Shown here one piece after another: positions 46,576-64,000 of a DNA stretch of 64,000 nucleotides (its first letter is position 1; each line of letters starts with the position of its first letter). The translations under genes were made by a program, and so were the position numbers. The stretch is taken from the NCBI RefSeq assembly GCF_009914755.1, contig NC_060943.1; one strand, written 5' to 3'. The DNA comes from the human T2T-CHM13v2.0 reference genome, Homo sapiens. The notes beneath the pieces were generated by a model. It was given only the letters and a program-made list of their open reading frames with translations, did no database searches and was not told where the DNA came from.

Positions 46576-48633
46576 TGAGCCACTGTGCCCGGCTGCGATC
46601 TGTTTCTTTTAACCGTAAACTGGGAAGAACTTTGACCACCTCTTAGTCCAGAACTATCAGGGAAGGGGCACTGAATGCCAGGCTGGAGGAGGGTTGCATG
46701 AAAGGCTTGACCCCAGCTACTCAGGAGGCTGAGGCAGAAGGACTGTTTGACCTGATGAATTCGAGGCTGCAGTGAGGCTGTGATCGCGCCACTGCACTCC
46801 AGCCTAGGCAATAGAGTGAGACCCTGTCTCTAAAAAAAAAAAAAAAAAAATGGCTCAGCCATCCCAAGCTGCTCCCAGCTGCCTGCCCCTCTAGGTGGCC
46901 CCCACTACTGGCCTGAGGATGCACTTTATCCCCGCCAGGGCCTGAGGAGTCCTGGGGAAAGGTACCCAAGTCTAGTCCTCAGGAGAAGCCGCCCAGGGAG
47001 CACTAGGGCCCGAGGAAGGGTTCAACCTCGAGACTCCATAGCCCCTGGGCTCCCGTCCCCAGAAACACCAGTTACGAGCAGGGGGCTGGCCATGGTGTGA
47101 ATTCATGACCTGCACACCTCTTGCCGTAATGACTAAGTGGCTAGAGCTTCAGGCTGCCCCACTGCTGCCCTCTGGAGCTCGAGCAGGTGCAGGTGTGGGT
47201 GCCCACCCTGGCTTGGCCTCTTCTCACCTGGGTGGCTTCGGACACAGGGTGGACTCCTCAAAGGGGCTGCTTCCCATCTGAGAAGCCAGCATAATCCTCC
47301 AGGGGCTACTGATATACACACGCTGCCCCTGGTCCTGAGTTAGATCACCCTGCCCCTAGGGAGGGCTTGGGGGCTTCACTGCTGAAGTTCAGACTCCAGG
47401 GTGGTCCTTGTCCTGTGTGCCTCAGTTTCCCCATCTGTAAAATGGATGGTCCTGGGGCTGAGCCTCAGTGCTGCAGGGACTAGTGTGGAACCCTGTGTCC
47501 TGGTGCCTGAAACCTTACTCCCACCTCAGCAGGGCTGGGCTGAGCCATCAGCAAGCCTCTGGCCGGCCTCCATCATTCAGGAAAGAGCCGGTGGCTGAAG
47601 GCACAGCTCTCAGAGGGAGAACAAACGGGGGTGGGGGTGGGATGGGGGCGGGGCCGGAGGCCACCGGCCTCAGGCTGTCCTGGGCATCCAGCCAGTGCTG
47701 GGCAGTGAGTCAGGGGCCAGGCATGTGGAGTGGGGCCTCTCCCAGCCCCGGAGATCAGGCACCTCCCGGAACCCGCCTGCTGGGCCCCCACCAGGCCGCG
47801 TTCCTCTCCCACTCGCTCTCCCCATAGAGGGGACCCTGGACCTGCCTGGGGGGGACGAGGATGGGGATGTGGCTGGTGGGCACAGGGCCTCTCTGAGCCC
47901 CGGCACAGGCCGCCTGATGGGACCGTCTCTTCCTTGGGGAAACTGAGGCCCAGGTTGCTGGGGTGGAGGGGATGTGGAGTGACAGGGCAGGGCAATGGCT
48001 CCTCGGCCCCCTCCGGGAACAAAGCCAGGTCATTCCTGTGGGGAGGGAGCGCCAACCCCAGGGTTGGGGGGGGCACGGGCCCTGGGTCAGGGGTACAGAT
48101 AAGCCTGGGCTCCCAGAACCCTTGTCACAGCGGCACCCCTGCCCCATGCCTGCTTTCTCTCCAGGGCACTCAGAGCTGCAGTTTGCAGGACGAGAGGGAG
48201 ACGTGCCCATCCCCCCATCCCAGGACGCTCAGCCGTGCGTGGGCTGGGCCCACTCCACTCCCGGCGCCCACAGTTGCCCCAGTGAACCGGCCAGTGGAGG
48301 CATCCTGTCCCGTGTGCGGGAAAGGAATGACCGCCAAGGTGACAGCAGCGCTTAGCCAACCCTGGCGCTGACACCTGACTTGCAAACTGCTCCCTGCCTG
48401 AGGCTTCAAGGCAGGCGAGAGGCTTTGTGTGTGTGACTTCCTCCCCGAAGGGACACTGGCAACAGCTGGAGACATTTCCTGTTGTTAAGGCTGAGGGGGA
48501 GCTGCTGGCATTTGGTGGGTGGAGGCCAGGGATGACGTTAACTGTTCTACTACGCCCAGGACAGCCCCCAACACACACAACAGCCTGGCCCAATGTCACG
48601 AGAGCTGAGGTGGAACAGCCCTGTTCTGCTTCA

Positions 48634-49026
<393 letters not shown>

Positions 49027-49175
49027 TTAAAACAGCCCCAAGGGCATCTAGGAACAGTTAACTGCACATCTAAACCCAGGCCCGCCGTTCTTAGAAGCTC
49101 TGCAAGCTGCATGGACTGACTCCTGACATTTCAGGGCTAGACTCAAAAATCCCTTTAAAAAAATTTTGTTTCTGA

Positions 49176-49370
<195 letters not shown>

Positions 49371-50042
49371 TGAACTCCTGATGTCAGGTGACCCACCTGC
49401 CTTGGCCTCCCAATGTTGCTGGTACTACAGACATGAGCCACCATGCCTGGTCTCTTCTTTTTTTTTTTTTTTTTTTTTTTTGAGACAGTCTCGCTCTGTC
49501 GCCCAGGCTGGAGTGCAGTGGCTCGATCTCGGCTCACTGCGAACTCTGCCGCCTGCGTTCACGCCATTCTCCTGCCTCACTCAGCCTCCTGAGTAGCTGG
49601 GACTACAGGTGCCCACCATCATGCCCGGCTAACTTTTTGTATTTTTAGTAGAGATGGGGTTTCACCGTGTTAGCCTGGTCTCGATCTCCAGACCTTGTGA
49701 TCCGCCCACCTCGGCCTCCCTAAGTGTTGGGATTACAGGCATGAGCCACCGCGCCCGGCCCCCTTTTTTTTTGTTGTTGACACAGGGTCTCACTTCGTCC
49801 CCTAGGCTGGAGTGATGTGGCGCAGTCGTAGCTCACCACGGCAACTTCCTGGGCTCAAGCGATCCTCCCACTTCAGGCCCCGAAGTAGCGGGGGATACAG
49901 GCAGGCACCACCATGCCCGGCTAATTTATTTTTTTCTTAGTAGAGGTGGGGTTTCGCAATGTTGCCCAGGCTGGTCTCAAATTCCTAGACTCAAGTGATT
50001 TGCCCGCCTAGGCCTCCCAAAGTGCTGGGATTACAGGCATGA

Positions 50043-50234
<192 letters not shown>

Positions 50235-50494
50235 TAAAAACGCCCCTCTCTGATTAAGAACTGCACTTAAGTTCAGTCGTGGAAAGGGACATGATGAAAC
50301 CCAAGCCCAAGTTCACGGAACTAACACATTCAAGGGCAAAGCTGTATCTGGGGACAACTGTCAGTGGGACCCAACCTCCTTCTCTCCTCCCTCAGGCAGG
50401 CAGGTGGTGTGCACGCCTCCTTTCCTTAGCGGTACCCAAAACACCGAGGATGGGAGAGTGATGAACACATTGATTGGCCGGCCCTGGACTGGAG

Positions 50495-52840
<2,346 letters not shown>

Positions 52841-52917
52841 TGCCTTTGACCATCCCTGGCTCACACTCATAATCCCACTCAATTTTACTAACTTGGTGGT
52901 AAAGTTGAGCCACGTAC
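52841..52917 (-). CDS. SPC24: SPC24 exon 4
   Basis: cag|GTACGTG...GGCA|GTATCCTTTT (U12 GT donor); YVAQLYHQVSKIEWDYECEPGMVKG; 77 nt. Confidence 0.96.
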
Positions 52918-53035
52918 CTGTACAGGAAGACAAAAAAAAAAAAAAAAAAAAAAGAAAGTTACCCAGCACCAACTTCAACCAAGAGCCGGACTGCACAAGG
53001 AGGCACAGGCAGGCACACGTTTTGGCAGAACCTAC

Positions 53036-53140
53036 ACGGCCGAGGGGATTGTGACTGTCGTGTCCTCGTCGACCTCCTTCTCCTGTCGCTCCAGATCCGC
53101 CTCAATCTCCTTGAGCTCTTCCAGCTCTCTGGTGAGCTGA
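53036..53140 (-). CDS. SPC24: SPC24 exon 3
   Basis: TCCTTAAC branch site, then ...CTAC| (AC acceptor); QLTRELEELKEIEADLERQEKEVDEDTTVTIPSAV; donor GTAGG; 105 nt. Confidence 0.96.
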
Positions 53141-54116
53141 GTAGGGCAGGTCGTTAAGGACCCCGGCTTTCGAGAGAGGGCTGCCCCTGCGCTAACTGCA
53201 GCTGGGAGGCCCAGGGTCTTGGCTCTATTTACGCACACTCTCTTCTTTGAGTCAGAGTTTTGCTTTGTCACCCAGGCTGGAGTGCAGTGGCACGACCTCA
53301 GCTCACTGCAACCTCTGCCTCCCAGGCTGAAGTGATTCTGGAGCCCCTGCCTACCGAGTAGCTGGGATTACAAGCACACACCACCATGCCCTGCTAATTT
53401 TTGTATTTTTAGTAGAGACAGGGTTTCACCATATTGGCCAGGCTGGTCTCAAACTCCTGACCTCAACTGATCTGTCTGCTTCGGCCTCCCAAAGTGCTGG
53501 GATTACAGGTGTGAGCCACCGCGCCTGGTCTTTTCTTTTTTTTTTGAGACAGGGTCTTGCTCTTTCACCTATTCTGGAGTGTAGCCTCAATCTCCCAGGA
53601 CCAAGTAATCCTCCCACCTCGGCCTCCCAAGTAGCTGAGACTACAGGTGTGTACCACCATGCCCAGCTTATTGATTGATTGATTGATTGAGACAGAGTCT
53701 TGTTCTGTTGCCCAGGCTGGAGTGCAGTGGCATGATCTCAGCTCACTGCAAGCTCCGCCTCCTGGGCTCACGCCATTCTCCTGCTGGGACCACGCCCGGC
53801 TAATTTTTTTTTGTATTTTTAGTAGAGACGGGGTTTCACTGTGTTAGCCAGGATGGTCTCGATCTCCTGACCTCGTGATCCACCTGCCTCGGCCTCCCAA
53901 AGTGCTAGGATTACAGGCGTGAGCCACTGCACCTGACCTAATTTTTTTATTTTTGTAGAGACGGGGTCTCTGTTGTCCAGGCTGGTCTCCAACTCCTGGG
54001 CTCAAGTGATCCTCCCACCTGGGCTTCCCAAAGTGCTGGGATTACAGGCTTGAGCCACTGCGCCTGGCCCTATGCGTGTTTTCTAGCAAGGCTGATCCCC
54101 TAGCAGAAAAGGATAT
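53141..54116 (-). other. SPC24: U12-type AT-AC intron (SPC24 intron 2, 976 nt)
   Basis: ATATCCTTTT donor, TCCTTAAC branch (53153-53160), AC terminus; these boundaries preserve the reading frame. Confidence 0.95.
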
Positions 54117-54261
54117 AGGAGGCTGGCCTTCAGACGGGTGTCCTCCTCCCCAGCCTCCTGAAGCCCAGCTTCCAGCTGCTGCAGCTCCACGCCTCCCTGG
54201 TGCACCTGCTCCTTCGCATTGAGAAGGCTCTGGGCCACTTCCTTCTCCATGGTGAGGATCT
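54117..54261 (-). CDS. SPC24: SPC24 exon 2
   Basis: ctgcag|AGATCCTC...CTCCT|ATATCCTTTT (U12 AT donor); 145 nt; [13 protein letters not shown]...RLKASL. Confidence 0.96.
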
Positions 54262-54489
54262 CTGCAGGGTGGAGAGAAGCAGGCTCCCTAGGGTCTGTCC
54301 TTCCCCAAGGAGAGCAGAGAGAAGGTGGTTCCACTTGCCTCCACTGGCAAGAAACATGCCCCTTGTCTGCAGCCCTGTGTCCAGAGAGTTCTACTGGCAA
54401 CTTGTACAACTACTGTTTCACCAAAACACATTTAAATACACTAAAAATAAAGCCTCGTCCTTCACACACCTAAAATATAACAAAATAGT

Positions 54490-60160
<5,671 letters not shown>

Positions 60161-60639
60161 GGCCTGGCAGCAGCAGATGCTCCATAAAACATCTGAATGC
60201 CTTCAGGAAGAAGGGATGGGCTATTGTCACAACCATTTGACAAGGAAGGAAGCTGAGGCACAGAGAATTTAAGAAACTCACCTCAAGTCTCACAGCGGAC
60301 ATGGGGATGGGTGCTAGGATTCAAACCCGGAGCTTTGACTCCTGAGCCCCAGTTCAAACCCCGAGACCCCCAGCTCCTGCTCACGGAGAGCTCAGAAGGG
60401 GCCAACCCCTCCAGACTCCTATATTTACCACTAAACCCCTGGGGGGTGGGGGATGGTTGCTGTCATAAAGCCGATTTCTCAGATGGTGAAACTAAGGCTC
60501 AGAGGGGGCCGTCCCAGGGGGCATAGGGCAGGAGATGGGAGAGTCCAGGAGAGAAGGGGTTTTGAGGTGGGCCTGGTCGCCCCCTCCCAGCACCCGGGCC
60601 CCTTCCCCCGTGGGCCCGCGACCACGCTCCGACCCTCAC

Positions 60640-60799
60640 CTCGCAGCTGCTTCTCGGCACCGTCTTGCGTTTCCAGCAGCCGCTCCACCACCTGCTCGTG
60701 GCGCCCCAGCAGCCGTCGCTGCTGCGCCTCCGCGCGGTTGGCGCCCAGCAGGCTGAGCAGCCCCTGGCTCACCTCCTCTATGTCGCGGAAGGCGGCCAT
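60640..60799 (-). CDS. SPC24: SPC24 exon 1 (NDC80 kinetochore complex subunit)
   Basis: ATG at 60799; MAAFRDIEEVSQGLLSLLGANRAEAQQRRLLGRHEQVVERLLETQDGAEKQLR; donor G|GTGAG; 160 nt. Confidence 0.97.
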
Positions 60800-61100
60800 G
60801 ACTACGCCAGGCTCCAACCCGCGCAAATTTGACTGTCCGCGGGGCCCGCCCTCTTCCAGAAGAGGTTGCTTTCCATTGGATTTTTTGATACGTCAGTCAT
60901 AAGCAATGGCCAATAGGCATGGGGAACAGGGTCTTAGACTGGGCTAAGCCGCCTTTGGTCTGGCCTGGTGCGCCTGCGACCACTCCTCCGTCAGTCATCG
61001 GTGATGACCAATCGGCGCAGGAAGGGGGAGGCTCCGTTAGCCTTCCCGATGCGCCTGCGCGGGAGAGAAAGCGGCTGTTTATTTCTCCATAGGTCGAGCG
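60800..61100 (-). promoter_or_regulatory. SPC24: SPC24 CpG-rich promoter
   Basis: CCAAT boxes at 60875-79, 60910-14 and 61008-12; GC box 60845-51; E2F-like TTTGCGCG 60820-27 (-); NRF1-like TGCGCCTGCGC 61050-60; typical of cell-cycle promoters. Confidence 0.8.
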
Positions 61101-61219
61101 CTTGCTCTGTGCAGGGTGGGGTTCTAACGGCAAAGCAGCGAGCAGCTTCTCCTGGAACTTACATCCTACAGTGTGTGCGTGGGATACACAATAAGCATAG
61201 AGAATAAGTAGATTCTATG

Positions 61220-64000
<2,781 letters not shown>

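Noticed and set aside
47468-48599. Overlapping 120-213 aa ORFs on both strands
   Set aside because: Expected in GC-rich DNA; Pro/Gly/Ala-rich with no domain or consistent splice structure

Overview
Human genomic DNA, recognisably chr19p13.2, and extremely Alu-rich. The + strand carries LDLR from mid-intron 1 through exons 2-18 (2516 coding nt in the window; exon 1 and the promoter lie upstream of it). The 3'UTR runs ~2.5 kb to ~38840, and the mirtron MIR6886 sits in intron 9. A ~11.6-kb intergenic stretch follows, with two GC-rich Alu-poor islands. The complete convergent SPC24 gene lies on the - strand (5 coding exons, 594 nt, 197 aa) with its CCAAT/GC-box promoter at ~60.8-61.1 kb. Nearly all ORFs in the supplied track are Alu translation artefacts. 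I found no new gene or large foreign insertion. The most interesting signals are regulatory: (i) SPC24 has two U12-type introns (one AT-AC, one GT-AG), and intron 4 holds an exact 17-nt duplicate of the exon end plus U12 donor; (ii) a perfect six-unit heat-shock element in LDLR intron 13; (iii) perfect SRE-1 decamers in intron 1 and ~5 kb downstream of LDLR; (iv) latent splice sites and an Alu pseudo-exon in intron 14; (v) an AluYb8 with old, diverged target-site duplications in the 3'UTR. Gene, variant and repeat-family names come from recall and were not checked against databases; repeat boundaries are approximate.
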